Assembly (NCBI RefSeq): GCF_018350175.1
Contig: NC_058368.1
Coordinates: 181,414,001-181,478,000 of the forward strand
Direction of reading: 5' to 3'
DNA from: Felis catus
Taxonomy: Eukaryota
DNA length: 64,000 nt
This document shows, piece by piece, positions 39,101 through 52,110 of the stretch. A program made the translations under genes and the position numbers. The stretch's first letter is position 1; every line of letters begins with the position of its first letter. Below the pieces are notes generated by a model. It did no database searches. It saw only the letters and a list, made by a program, of their open reading frames with translations, and was not told the DNA's origin.

Positions 39101-40159
39101 ACATGTTCTTTGTAGGTAAAGGTCTAGGGTTTTCAAAACAGAATCTTTCTGTTGCTTTGGGTGCAGTGGAAAAATAACTACTTTAAGACAATGATACAGG
39201 CAGAAATGCTCACAGGTTTCCCGGGTATTTCAACAACTCTTCTATACACTGATTGAATGAATTCAGGTAACACTTTAGCTTACTAGTGAGTTTTTAACTC
39301 ATTAACACAGGTTAAATTTATGCTATGCCAAATTACACAGAGTAAAACATATTGCCTGAATTATTTTAAAGACCACAAGAAAGAAAATTGGCTTATAAAC
39401 TACCAAAATCAAACTTAGCCTAAAATGTATGTGTTTATGTCTTTATGGATTTTTTCAGTGCATCAAAGGGTAGGTGAAAGTGATTTCTGTGCTAGAACCG
39501 ATTGAGAGAACTGATGGAAGCATATTTTCAAAAATCCAATCTTCCCCCAATTCTTTCTTCAACCTTGACCCAAAGAGACAGCCCGAGATGCAGAGAAAGA
39601 ATTCAATCTCGGCCCCCTCTCAAGAGACTTGAGAGCTACTAACTGGAAAGAAAGGCTTTTTGAGCCATGAGAAGCCTGGCTGAACTCTCTGGCCCACTGG
39701 GCCTTGCCTAGCATAGAAACCAGTCAGTTCTGCTTACCTGAGCAATATCATTTAGATAGCAACACCTTTCTTGGTTAGTGTTCCAGGTTGAGAGGTTGTG
39801 CAAAGAGGTGATGACTATAGGGGAGGGCCAAGAATCGGTGCAGACAGCCTAGCACACATTCTGACAGCAGGAACTTTTTCCTACAGCAGTGGTGGAGAGC
39901 TAGTATAAGTGGGCACACTCGCAGGGAGTCTGGGACAGCCATGGAAATGGAGGCAAATGGGTGAGAATAGGAATACACATCATCAGAGCTGGTGGTCTTG
40001 TTCATTGTACATTCAATCAACGTTAGCAGCTGTAGTTCCTATAGTCAGAAATGTTTGAAGGTGTTGATATTTAAAAGTTTTATAAACTGAACACCATAGC
40101 TTTTGACTTAGGCTTTAATGTCTTATTTTTGTTTATTTATTTACTTATTTGGGAGGTGA

Positions 40160-40420
40160 TCAAACACAGTGGCTCAAGTTCCAAACATAGCTCCTGAATC
40201 CAATTTCCTGGATTTAAACGCTGTCTTCATCAATTCCTACATTTATGACCTTGGGATGATTTATTTAACCTCTCCATGCTTCAGCTTCCTTATCCATGAA
40301 AAAGGAGATACTAATAGAATCCACTTCACAATATTGTTTTGAACATTATCTGAATCAATATAAGCAAAATTCTCAGACTGACATCTAACATATAAAAAGT
40401 GCTCAGTGAACATCAGCCAT
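40160..40420 (+). mobile_element. MIR
   Basis: tatgaccttgggatgatttatttaacctctccatgcttcagcttccttatccatgaaaaaggagatactaatag core. Confidence 0.65.
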
Positions 40421-42631
40421 TATTCTTTTGTTGTTCTTGTTGATCATGTTTAATACACCTGAAAATGGTGAGACATAGAGTGTGGACCAGAGTCACAGGC
40501 ACATAAATATGCAAAGCAGAGCTCAGGTCTAACTTTAGGCTCCCAAGCCACGGGGAAATGTCTTGTGTGTCGTGCTGCTCTACACCCTAACGTCAGGGTC
40601 CCAGAGAACAAGCTCAGACAATCTGCCTGGGCACTTGGCTGACCTTCATTATTTAAAGTGGCATTTATTTCACAGGTTATCCTGGGGCTAGGTCTAACCA
40701 GAGATCAGACCACTGGTCAGTTTTGTCAGGTGCATTAACTCTCAGACTACTAGGGTGCTATTCAGTGCAGAATTAGTCATTTACTAATTACTAATTACTC
40801 CAATGGCCATAGACCTAAGGTCAGCATTTTTCACCCTTCACACCAGGAGGATCCAGAATAATAGAGGCCAGACAGGTAATTTGCATTGTCTCTCCTTAGC
40901 AGCAGAGGCTGATTCTGTGCTGAAAGCAAGCAAAGAAGATATAATTTGATGAGAGCTTCCATAAGCTTCTCATGGGAACATCTAGCCTATCTCTCCTGCT
41001 GGGACCTGGCAGCTTCTTGCCTTTGATACTTGCAGATACTTGCAGGGGAACTGGACAGGGTCTGACCCTGGCTCCACATCACTTTTACTAGCTGGCAATT
41101 CTTTTCCACTCTGAGCAACGGAAGAGTCATCCAACTGTGTTTGCCAAACTTGCTTGAATGTGAGAAGCATGTTTGTTTTATGATCAGTGTCTTGGGTTTT
41201 AAATAAGAATACCACAGGAGATGATCCCGCCATGATCCTTGCTAATGTATCTCTAGGCTAATAAGTTCTGAAATGATCCTGCTCTTTGATTTCATGAATA
41301 AGAAAATAAAATGAGAAATGCATGACATTTAAAAATTATTGTTATTGCTGAGAGTAAAATTTATTTTAACCCTCTCTGTAGTAGCTAAGTTTCACGTTGA
41401 ATGTGATGCTCACCAGATTGTATCTCCTGTTCTTCCTCTCTTTAAATATGTGCTTATTTACTTCCTGAGTTCAATTTTAGAACCCATCAAAGTAGATCCA
41501 CTCAGACTCTGACTACACTTTCATGCATAAATTCATAGATGTCTTCAGAAGGAATTGCACTTGCATATGCAAATACTTTCCAATGCCTTTTCATTTCTAC
41601 TTTTGGCCTGCACAGTTTTTAATTCATGCAAACACATTACACAAACAAATATGGGCTCAATAACAACACACGGCATGTGTGAATTGTTAATTGCAAAGCT
41701 ATGAGTTTGATATGGCCAAGCAACTTCCATTATTATCAATGGAGAGGAACAAGATTAAACAGGAAGAATAAAGGTATATTTGAACATAAAATCCCAAGCA
41801 TTTGATTTCATTTTATGTAAATATTAATAAGGGAAAAGGTGACAGGACAATCCACAATTCAACAATAATCTAGGATCTACAGCTCACTGCACAATGATCC
41901 AGAAACCAGGATGCACCTTTAATGAGACTAAGGAAAAAGGGTCTACATTTCAGCACAGAATCATAAGAAACAAGAGTGTATGCAGTAACACTATAAATAA
42001 AACCAAAAATACAGCAGAAAATGAAAGGCTTTCAACCATGCTGAATGTGCATCACCTTTCAGAATATTTGTGTTTTGTATTAGAGGTGCTCTTGGAAATA
42101 ACAAATAAGGGTCCTATTATTCTATACTGGAAATTTGAACACTCCCTTAATTAATTAAGCTGTGATTTTTCATATTTTCCCCCAATTCCCACTCATGCAC
42201 TTTGGGGTCAAGAGACAACTCAGTGAAATAAAACATTTGTTGAAGTTACTCACAGATCAAAGACATGTGATACAGAGCAATTTTCAAGTAACCCACCCCT
42301 TGTTTGAAGTGTGCTTTATTTACATGAAGATAACTCAGAAAATGAGAGTGTAGATTAAATAAAAATTGTATCCTGCAAAGTCTACAATTGCAGTGAAAAT
42401 ACAATTTTAACTGTTTCTGTGCTGAATTTTTAAATATTCTGTTAAATATAAAAACTGGAGGTAGGCTATGGGAGCATAGGAGAACATGTGTTTTAGAATA
42501 ACCACTGGGTTACGTGTGTGTGTGCGCACGCATGCATGTGTGTATGTATGTGTATTTGTGTGATGGTATGTGTGTAACAGAGAGAAAATACACATGCATG
42601 GTGTTTTCTACCAGGAATAGAATTTCAAAGC

Positions 42632-42989
42632 TGCTATGACTAAATGTTTGTGACACACACCCCTTCCAAATTCTTATATTGAAACCTAATCCCCAGTGGT
42701 ATTTGGAGGTGGGGTTTTGGGGAGGTGATTGAGTCATGAAGATAGAACCTTTATGAATGGGTTTAGTGCCCTTATAAAAGATGACCCAGAAAACTCCCCC
42801 TGCCCTCTTCAGCTATGTGAAGACACAGGAAAAGACAGCTGTCAATGAACCAGGAAGCTAGCTCTCACCAGACAATTAAATATGCTAGCACATTGGACTT
42901 CCTATCCTCCATATACAAAATAAATTTCTATTTTTTACAATCTACCAGCTTATGATCTTTTGTTACAGCAGTCCTAAAGAACTAAGACA
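42632..42989 (+). mobile_element. MLT1A-like MaLR solo LTR
   Basis: TG...CA termini (tgctatgactaaatgtttgtg...gaactaagaca), ccttataaaag TATA-like box, aataaatttct polyA region. Confidence 0.8.
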
Positions 42990-44100
42990 CAAGTTGAAGT
43001 ATCTCATGAGGAGTTAAATTAGCTGTAACAGTCACTAACAGAACATGAAACAAGAAATAAAGAATCAATGTGATGAACAATGATGCTATAATCTAGCAGG
43101 CAGGGCCTCCATCCTTGGTACTGGTCAAGTGAACCTTCCCAGCTCATTCACTGTGTTTTTGTGTATTCACTTGTGATTTTGCTAAGCTGTTAATGTAAAT
43201 CACACACGACAAGGCTGGTACACAAAGCAGAAGACATGGAGCTAGTGAGTCAACGTAGCCATACTGCCTCTCAGCACTGTTTATGCTTTAGTCTATATAT
43301 CCATACATTTACAGCAACCCCTGACAAGTGATGACAAACTTCCTCATGGATATTGGATATGAAGAGAATGCCAACTGTTAGCACTTGAGAAAAATATTCT
43401 CCTCCCTTAAGAAATCAAAATACTGTAAGACAAATAAGATTTGGTGTAAGTAGCAGGGAGAATTATATATGTGGAATTGGTTAAATAACATACATCAGTT
43501 CACCTATGCTCTGAAACACCGAAAGACAAATGCATAACTCAAGATTAACACCACATATGAGGTGAAAAGAAATTATATATTACACAGGATAGGGGAGGTT
43601 CGAATATGTTATAATCAATTTACCATTTGTTCAAACAGAATCTGAGAAGCTCAACGTGTAAAACAGTAGAAATTTGAACTCTTGGAAGTTTGTATGGGGG
43701 CGGGTTCAAGGGAAAGGAACAAAAAACAGTTTAAAAACCACAGCTAATTTTCTGTTCCTGAGGACAGGGATTCAGAATAGACTAAGGGACTACTCCTTCT
43801 GGAGCCCAGACTTTGCTGTACCTTATTTCATCTATCAAAACCTGCTACTGTGGGGCTCCAAAGTAACCACCAAATTGTCAAGGGATACAGTGTCCAGGAC
43901 AAAAAAGGCACTTCTATAATTCCCACAGGATTCTGATACAGGTCGATGAAAGAATTGTTCTCTTACACTAAACTCTAATGGGGAGATGATGCCAGCAGGC
44001 TGTGCTTCGGTTTTTACCAACCTCACTGATCGACGCACAACTGTACAAGTCAAAAATGTAAGGCAGCTCAGAGCAACTCAGTGAGGTCAGCTCTACATAC

Positions 44101-44326
44101 CTTGTCTTGGAAACTCATCTGACTCCCGGTGAACGAGGTCTGTGACTCGGTTTCCATAGTGCATCCTGCTGTCGTGGTCATAGGCCTTCAGAGTCTCACT
44201 GGAGCTATAGGACTTTTGCGTGGGCACACGGCAGTCTTCACTGTCCAGGGAGGAACTTGTGTAGCGGCACTCTTTGCCACACCGTCCCCTGGTCAGAGAG
44301 CGATGTCGCCTGTCCTTTACGTCCAT
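44101..44326 (-). CDS. TENM2: Teneurin-2 first coding exon (N-terminal intracellular domain), 226 nt, phase-1 donor
   Basis: Translation [76 protein letters not shown] matches the recalled mammalian teneurin-2 N-terminus (TENM3 begins MDVKERRPYC instead). ATG at 44326-44324 in good Kozak context (gatAATGG). Canonical donor CAAG|GTATGT at 44101/44100. Locally CpG-rich. Confidence 0.96.
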
Positions 44327-44400
44327 TATCCCGGATCTGACAGAGAGCCGATGCTTTCAGAAAAGGGAGGCCAAAGTTTTGGTACTTTTCACTTGGCCAC
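44327..44400 (-). other. TENM2: 5'UTR part of the TENM2 first coding exon (whole exon 44400-44101, 300 nt)
   Basis: Minus-strand acceptor tcttgttgttttcctttgatgtttttAG|GTGGCC at 44401/44400. In-frame TGA upstream of the ATG and no upstream ATG in these 74 nt. No CpG-island promoter nearby, so upstream non-coding exon(s) are implied. Confidence 0.75.
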
Positions 44401-46119
44401 CTAAAAACATCAAAGGAAAACAACAAGACTGTGATTATAAGAAATGCTGCCTTCAGTTTTGACTCATGCTCTCAGATAAAAACATAAAAAGGAAATGTGG
44501 TCAGACCACACAATCTCTTTTTGCAAATGGTTAATATATATTGAAATAATCAGCCTAAATAGAATGACTTGATACAGTAAGTTAATTATTTTGCTGTTTA
44601 ATACATTTTGAGAAAAAAGAGTAGTGAAATAATTCATGTTTTGATTTCCCTATGTGAATACAGATGACATGATAAGTCTGTCACTACTGCAAGATTTTAC
44701 TATGAAGCAGTTCAAAGCAAAACTGATTTTACCCGTCTTTAATTACATTCTATTTTTGCTAGAGAGGGTTTGGGGTAAAGCAAATATCAACATTAAATAA
44801 ATAAAAGTAAAAGAAAGGTGTATAAGGCATAAATACATGCTACTGAAGCTTTGTGATGGTACCAAGTCATATTTGACTAATATGAAATTACCTAGTTGGG
44901 TCTGAAAAAAAGTAACATAAGCCATTCTTCACAGGCAAACAATACTCTTCTGATTTCTTTAATGAACCTTCAGCAAATTCTAATCAGTTTTTTTTCTTTG
45001 CAGAACTGTGGCTTAAACACACCCGGTCCCTCCCTTCCTTAGTCACCTACCAACAGAGATCATGCTCACAAGAAGTCTAACTGGTACCACCACTTGATCA
45101 TCAACCTACACCTGCACATGCTGTTCTCCTCATTGCTGGGATATCTGCTGCTGAGAAGAAAAATGGGGAAGAGCACTGAATGCAATAGATAAGCTGATGA
45201 GAAGGAACCTCTTTAACATATGAACTGGCAACCAGAGAGCCCTTCAGTCTATCACTTGACACCCTTAGCCTGAAAGTGTATGCCAAACATCCTCAGAAAA
45301 CACTAGCCTTCTGCCTAGCAAATATGACAAAATAGCTTAGATGCCTCCAAGTTTCAAATGATAGGCTCTTACTGATTTCATTGGCCATGCAAAAGAGCAT
45401 GGACCATAGGGCGAGGGCCTGGACAGAATGGACATACACAAAATTTAATTAAAATGGGAAATACAACCCAGACCCAGCATAATGATTTTTCTCCAGGCTA
45501 CTGTTGCTCACTGCCTCTTCAATACATTAGAAAATATTAGGTGAACAGATCTGTAGCTTAGAACCTTCTGCTCTTTGGCTATTCACCACATTGTAATGGG
45601 ATGCCTATTTATACCAAAGAAATAGCCTGTATGCATAGTAATGTGCATGGAATCTGTCCCAGGACAGCAGAAGCCAAGTTATCCTTCTCTTGTCTTTATA
45701 CAGTAAGAGTCCCTTCTGGATCTCATAAACACTCCTACTTTATATTATTTATATACTTTAGCAAATACTGCCTGTTATCATGGACAATTTTGTTTGAAAA
45801 TCGGCAATTAAAAAGAGAGTACACCTGCTCTGAACACCAAGCACAGTGGTGTTGCTGCCACAATCACTCATAGGAGAGTGAATCCTTAGTTTCCTGGAGC
45901 CTATAGTTCCTGACCCAGGAAGCTGAGAAGCATCTTTGAGAGTTACCTATCAAGACCCCAGGACCTGCTTGAAGGACACAAATACTCAATGTTGGCATGG
46001 AAGTTTTTGCTGCTATGTAGCCAATCCAAGTATCTTAACATTAATGCAATTTCTAGATGCCAAAAATCACCTTCCCTAGTTTAAAACATGTGATCTCAAC
46101 ACTTTGGAATTCATATTAC

Positions 46120-46350
46120 AGACTGGTTAAGAGCATGAACACTGAAGTCTTGATTGGATGAAAATCTTATCATGGTGACTGATTAGCCAGAGCTTTTATA
46201 AAATTACTCATAAACTTTTAAGTTCAATTTCTCAACCAGTTAATATGGAAAATAACAGAATCTGTTTCCTAAAGTTGCCATAAAAATTAAAATAAAAACT
46301 GTAGTAAACCTCCTAATATACTAACACATGGTAGGGGCTCTATAAGGAGT
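46120..46350 (+). mobile_element. MIR
   Basis: tggttaagagcatgaacactgaagtc...caatttctcaaccagttaatatggaaaataa...acacatggtaggggctctataa. Confidence 0.5.
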
Positions 46351-47060
46351 AGTTGTTTTTTTCCCCTCTGAATAATTATTTTTTTCTTAGCTAAGTAGTT
46401 ATAGACTTGCATAAGACAGAGGGTGGCAATAATAATATAAATTCTTAAAATTCAAAGTTCTCATTATAAATATCAATACTTGAACTGCACACAGATTAAA
46501 GAAGACCCTCAGCACCTATTAAAAGTATACAAGACTGTGCCTACCAACACTGTGGAGCCAGTGTTTCTTTGGGAAATTGGCTGTTTTGAGTAAATTTTAT
46601 AATTTCTCTTCTGCTTCACTGTATTTTTTTTTTTTTTTACTTTTTAATATTTTTGGTGTTCCTGACTCAGGAAATCCTATCTCCTCTAATTTGTATTGTG
46701 TTTTGGAAAGTGGGCTGACTTTCTGTATGTGGTTATGTGATTTTATTTTATATATTAAAAAAAATCATGTGGAAGCCTAAATGCTTATTATCTATTCATA
46801 ATGTACAAGAACTTCAGTGGATGGACATTTTGACATTCGGTTGTCCAATGATCTTTTCCTGATAAATTCCTCTTTCTTGGCTATTCCCTTGATAGTTAAG
46901 TTTGTGAGCAATGCCATCTCTGGACAAATGAAAGAAATTTACATATGAGGTAAAAAATGGCAAATCTTAGTGAGAGAAAGTTAATTTCTTAATGAACTGA
47001 GCAGAATACACAGACTGTTGGCCAACAGACATTTTGCACTCAGCCTGCCTGTTATTTAAA

Positions 47061-47262
47061 TTTTTAAAAAATTTTTTGTTTATTTTTGAGACAGAGACAG
47101 AGTGTGAGCAGAAAGAGGCAGAGAGAAAGGGAGACACAGAATCTGAAGTAGATCCCAGGCTCTGATCTCTCAGCACAGAGTCTTATGTGGGGCTTGAACC
47201 CATCAGCTGTGAGATCATGACCTGAAGTCATACATTTAACCAAATGAGCCACCCATGTGCCC
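47061..47262 (-). mobile_element. Can-SINE
   Basis: TSD agcctgcctgttatttaaa (47042-47060) / agcctacctgttatttaaa (47265-47283). Confidence 0.92.
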
Positions 47263-49282
47263 TGAGCCTACCTGTTATTTAAAAGTTAGTTTTCAAGATT
47301 TAAAAAGACAAAACAAGAGAATTTATACTAAACTTGGATCTCCTGCTTATCATGAAAATTTGGGCAGTCTAGAAATTTCTGCTTCCAGAAAGTTGTAATA
47401 AACATATTTTATCTATTCTTCCCTCTAGGTACACTGAAAACCCCTGGATATAATATATAAAACAAATATAAGAAGAATATGAGAGGAAAAAGAGAAGGCA
47501 GACCAACTAGGGCCTTCAGAACTCATGAATACTGTGGCAAGTTCCTGAAATTTCTTTTTGCCCTGTATATCCCAGACTTAGAGCTAAAGATACTGGCAAC
47601 CCAGAAACATCAATAGGCACAGACAACAAAACCTCCAACAAAAGCAGGTTGCCTCTCGCCAAAGGATTAACAAAGAAAAGTCAAACAAGAAAGAAAATGT
47701 TGAGATAGTAACCACTTGCCTCTAGCCAAACAACATGGCAAACACAGTGGTCTGAATCCCACTTTCACCAGCAAAAGCCAGAGGAAGAGCCTAGATTTCC
47801 ACAATGCTGAGGTGACAAAGCATCCTAATCTCAAACAGTGCTTTCAGAGAGACAGCTAAGAAGGCAGCCAGGATTTTCATCTCTTCCAAAAAATAATGAG
47901 GCCATCCTCTCCTCCTAGGGAGCTTGGCCTTCCATCCCCACTGAGAGTAGTAAGATGCCACTCTCCTCTGCTGGAGTGGCATAGGAGGAGGCCTAGTGGA
48001 GAGTTAGGACTTTCACTTTCTCTAGCAGTAATGAGTCCTTCTGCCTCTTGTTGGTAGTTGTTAGTGTCACTTGATATTGGTAACAGTGGGAATAATAAGG
48101 AATAATGAGGCACTCCTATCCCTAACACCAAGGGTAGTATCAGTGGGAGCCAGAACTCCTCCACTGCCTCCCCACCCAACAGCTTCTAATAAGGAGCTCC
48201 CTGCCCTTGGGTATTGGCAGAGACTGAGTGAGAAATCTGGACTTTTATTCCAATCTAGCAGTAATGAGGTGGGATCTCTCTTCTGACAGAACAGTGTCAG
48301 AGGAAACCAACAAAAACAGAAAACTTAAGTGAGACATAGAATCTCATAACATGATAACACCAAATGTGTAGGTTTCAACAAAAAGAAGAAAAAAAAAATT
48401 ATACCAAGAACTAAAACGATCTTAAGCTGAAGGAAAAAGCAATCAATAGATGCCAACACTGAGATGACAAGACATCGGACTTATTGGACATAGATTTTAA
48501 AATAGCCATCATAAAACTCTTCAGTGAGCAAATTACAGACACACTTAAATGAAATATATAGAGACTCATAAAAAAGACAAGAAGTCTCAGGAAATGAATA
48601 GAAGATATAAAGAAGACTCTAAAAGAAAATTTTAGAACTAAACAATTCTAAATTGTTTAGAATTATTATTAATTATTATTATTAAATTATCTAAATATAT
48701 ACAGTAGATGGGTTCAAGAGCAGAATGGAAGGATAAAAGAAAGAATGAGGAAATTTGAAAATTGGACAATGGAAATTACTCAAACTATACCACAGATTAA
48801 AAAATAGCCTAGGGAAAAAATGCAAAGAGCCTCAGGGAGCTGTAGACGTAATATTTATGTCAGAGTCTCATTATGAAAGGAGAAAGAGAGAGGGCTGAGA
48901 AAGTGCTGAAATAGCAGATAAATACACACAAATTTGCAAAAGACATAAAGCTACACATTCAAGAGGCTGAACAAACACCAAAGAGAATAAATCCAAATGC
49001 ATCTGTATCAAGACATATCATAGTTAAACTTCAGAAAAGTTAAGACAAAGATAATTTTGAAAGCAGTGAAAGAAAAATTACATTAACTTACAGAGCATAG
49101 CAATTTGAATGAAAATGGCATGAGAAACCATGAAAACCAGAAAGAAATAGAACAATGTTTTTCAAATGCTGAAAAAATTGGAAGTTTCAATCCAGAATCT
49201 TATAACCAGTAAAGATATCCTTCCAGAATAAAGGATAAAACATGGCATCACAAATAAAGAAAAAACTAAGATAATTTATCAA

Positions 49283-50279
49283 TATCAAAAATAGACACAC
49301 AGATCAATAGAAAAGAATAGAAAACCCAGACATAAACTCATAATTACATGGTAAATTAAACTTTGACAAATAAGGCAGGAATATGCACGAGAAAAAGACA
49401 GTTTCTTTCTTAACAAACAGTGTTGAGAAAACTAGACAGCTACACACTGGACCACTTTCTTACCCCATATACAAAAATAAACTCAAAATGGATTAAGGAG
49501 CTAAACATGAGACATGAAGCCATAAATATCCTAGAAGAGAGCATAGGCAGTAATTTCTCTGACATTGGCCCCCAAAACATCTTTCTAGATATGTCTCCTA
49601 AAACAAGGAAAACAAAAGCAAAAATAAAATATTGGACTGCATCAAGATAAAAAGCTTCCATACAGCAAAGGAAACAATCAACAAAACTAAAAGACAACCT
49701 ACAGAATTAAAGAAGATATTTACAACTGACATATTTGACAAATGGTTAGTATCCAAAGTATATAAAAACAGAGACAACTCAACACCAAAAAAGCAAACAA
49801 TCCAATTCAACATGGGAAGAAGACATGAACAGACATTTCTCCAAAGAAGACATATAGATAGCCAACACAAATGAAAAATGCTCAACATCACTCATCATCA
49901 GGGAAATGCAAATCAAAACCACAATGAGATATCATCTCACACCAACCAGAATGGCTAAAATCAAAAACATAAGAAACAAGTGTGGCAAGAACGTGGAGAA
50001 AAAGGAATACTCATGCGCTGTTGGTGAGAATGCAAACTGGTGCAGCCACTGTAGAAAGCAGCATAAAAGTTCTTCAAAAAATTAAAAATAGAACTACCCC
50101 AGTAATCGCACTACTGTATATTTACCCAAAGAACACAAAAACACTAATTCAAAGTGATACATGCACCCCATGTTTATTTCAGCATTATCTACAGTAGCCA
50201 AATTATGGAAGCAACCTAAGTACCTATTGATAGATTAATGTATAAAGAATATGTGGTATATAGGTATGTATGTATACAT

Positions 50280-50332
<53 letters not shown>

Positions 50333-51080
50333 CATACACACACACACACATATATATATAATGGAATATTATTCAGCCACAACAAGAATGAAATCTTGCC
50401 ATTCGCAACTATGTGGATGGAACTAGAGGGTATTATACTAAGCAAAATTAGTCAGAGAAAGACAAATATCACAGCATTTCACTTACATGTGGAATTTTAG
50501 AAACAAAACAATGATCAAAGGAGACAGAGAGAGAGAGAGAGAGAGAGAAACTGAAAAACAGATTCCTAACTATAGAGAAAAAACAGATGGTTACCAGAGG
50601 GTAAGTGGTAGGAGTGGGTGAAATAGGTCAAAGGGATTAAGAGTACCCTTATCTTGAAGAGTACTGAGTAATATATGAAATTGTTGAATCACTATCTTGC
50701 ACACCTGAAAGGAATTTAACACTATATGTTAACTACATTGGAATTCAAATGAATGAATGGATTTTTTTTTTTAATTAAATGTCTGGAGAGAAAGACAGAT
50801 ACCATATGTTTTCACTCATGTGGATCCTGAGAAACTTAACAGAAGACTATGGGGGAGGGGAAGTGGGGAAAAAAAAAAGTTACAGAGAATGAGCGAGGCA
50901 AACCATAAGAGACTCTTAAATACTAAGAACAATCTGAGGGTTGATGGGGGTGCGGGAAAGGGAAAGTGGGTAATGGGCATTGAGAAAGGCACCTGTTGAT
51001 ATGACCAATGGGTATTGTATGGAAACCAATTTAACAATATATTTAATAAAAAATAAATGCCTGGAAACATTAAAAAAAAT
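49283..51080 (+). mobile_element. 5'-truncated carnivore L1 nested in the L1MD
   Basis: ORF2 C-terminal remnants ([17 protein letters not shown]), 3'UTR, TSD taagataattta at 49267-49278 / 51081-51092. Confidence 0.85.
50788..51053 (+). mobile_element. Short younger L1 3' end nested in the tail of the previous L1
   Basis: gagaaagacagataccatatgttttcactcatgtggatcctgagaaacttaacagaagac. TSD taaatgtctgga (50776-50787) / taaatgcctgga (51054-51065). Confidence 0.8.
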
Positions 51081-52110
51081 TAAGATAATTTACCACCAGC
51101 AGACTTAATTCTAAAAGAATAAACAGTTCTCTAAAACAGAAAGGAAACAATGAAAAGAGAAATTTTAGAAATAATGAAAGGAGAAATCAGAAAGGAAAAA
51201 AAAGACATGGTAAGCAAAATTATGAGTAAACCCTATACATTTTCTACTTTGGAGTGTTCCAAATTATTTTCGAAGGTTAAAGTAAAAATTATAACACTGT
51301 ATGATGAGGTTCTAAGTGCATACAGAGAACATATTTATGAAATTATATGATAAATGGGGACGGTAAAGTGACATAAAGGGAGGAAAGGTTTCCACAATTC
51401 ACTCAAACTGGTAAAATGATGAAGGTCATTAACTGTGATAAAATATGTAAGTATAATGTAACAACTAAAAAAGTTATACAAAGAGATGTACTCAAAAACA
51501 CTTTAGATAAGTCAATATGGAGTTTTAAAAAACATTCAATACTCACAGGAAAGTAGGAAGAAGAGAGAAGTAAAAAATAAAACAAAAGAATAAATAGAAA
51601 ACAAAACATAAAATGGCACACTTAGTCATGAAATAGTAATAATTATATTAAATGGTAAGTAGTCTAAATATACAAATTAAGAGACAGAGATCTGCAGACT
51701 AAATTAAAAAAATACGACCTAACTCTATGCTGTCAACAAGGTCACTTTAAATATAATGGTGTAGGCATGTTGAAAGAAAAACTACAGCAAAGATACACAA
51801 TACAAAAATTAAAGAAAACAAGAGGGTTTATATTAATTTATTTAAAGCAGACTTTAGAGAAAGGAAAATTAGCGGAGACAGAAAACAAAATTATGTAATG
51901 ATGAAAGGATAAATCCTCCAGGAAGAAATAGCAACTCTAAATAGGTAAGTACCAAAAACCGAATTGTAAAATATGTGAAGTAAAACATGATAGAACTGAA
52001 AAAAAAAATAAATGAATACACAATTACAGTTGGAGATTTCAACATTGGAGTCCCACTGATGGATAAAGCAACTAGACAGAAAATCAAGAAGGAGACAGAA
52101 GAATTCCCCA

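Larger units (their letters stand above)
1..44100 (-). other. TENM2: TENM2 intron downstream of first coding exon (continues beyond window start)
   Basis: GT donor at 44100. The expected next coding segment (TNFTLAELG...) does not appear in the ORF track, and the sequence is repeat-rich and non-coding. Confidence 0.8.

Noticed and set aside
44093..44100. ORF track extension ...RQGM-stop as a complete 77-aa protein
   Set aside because: It is read-through into the GTATGTAG donor. The real frame is spliced at 44101.
44129..44462. Antisense and alternative-frame ORFs over the TENM2 exon
   Set aside because: These are shadow ORFs of a GC-richer coding exon, with no independent evidence.
44400..47000. 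Promoter immediately upstream of the coding exon
   Set aside because: There is no CpG island or clear core promoter, and a good splice acceptor explains the exon's 5' boundary. An alternative TSS cannot be excluded without CAGE data.
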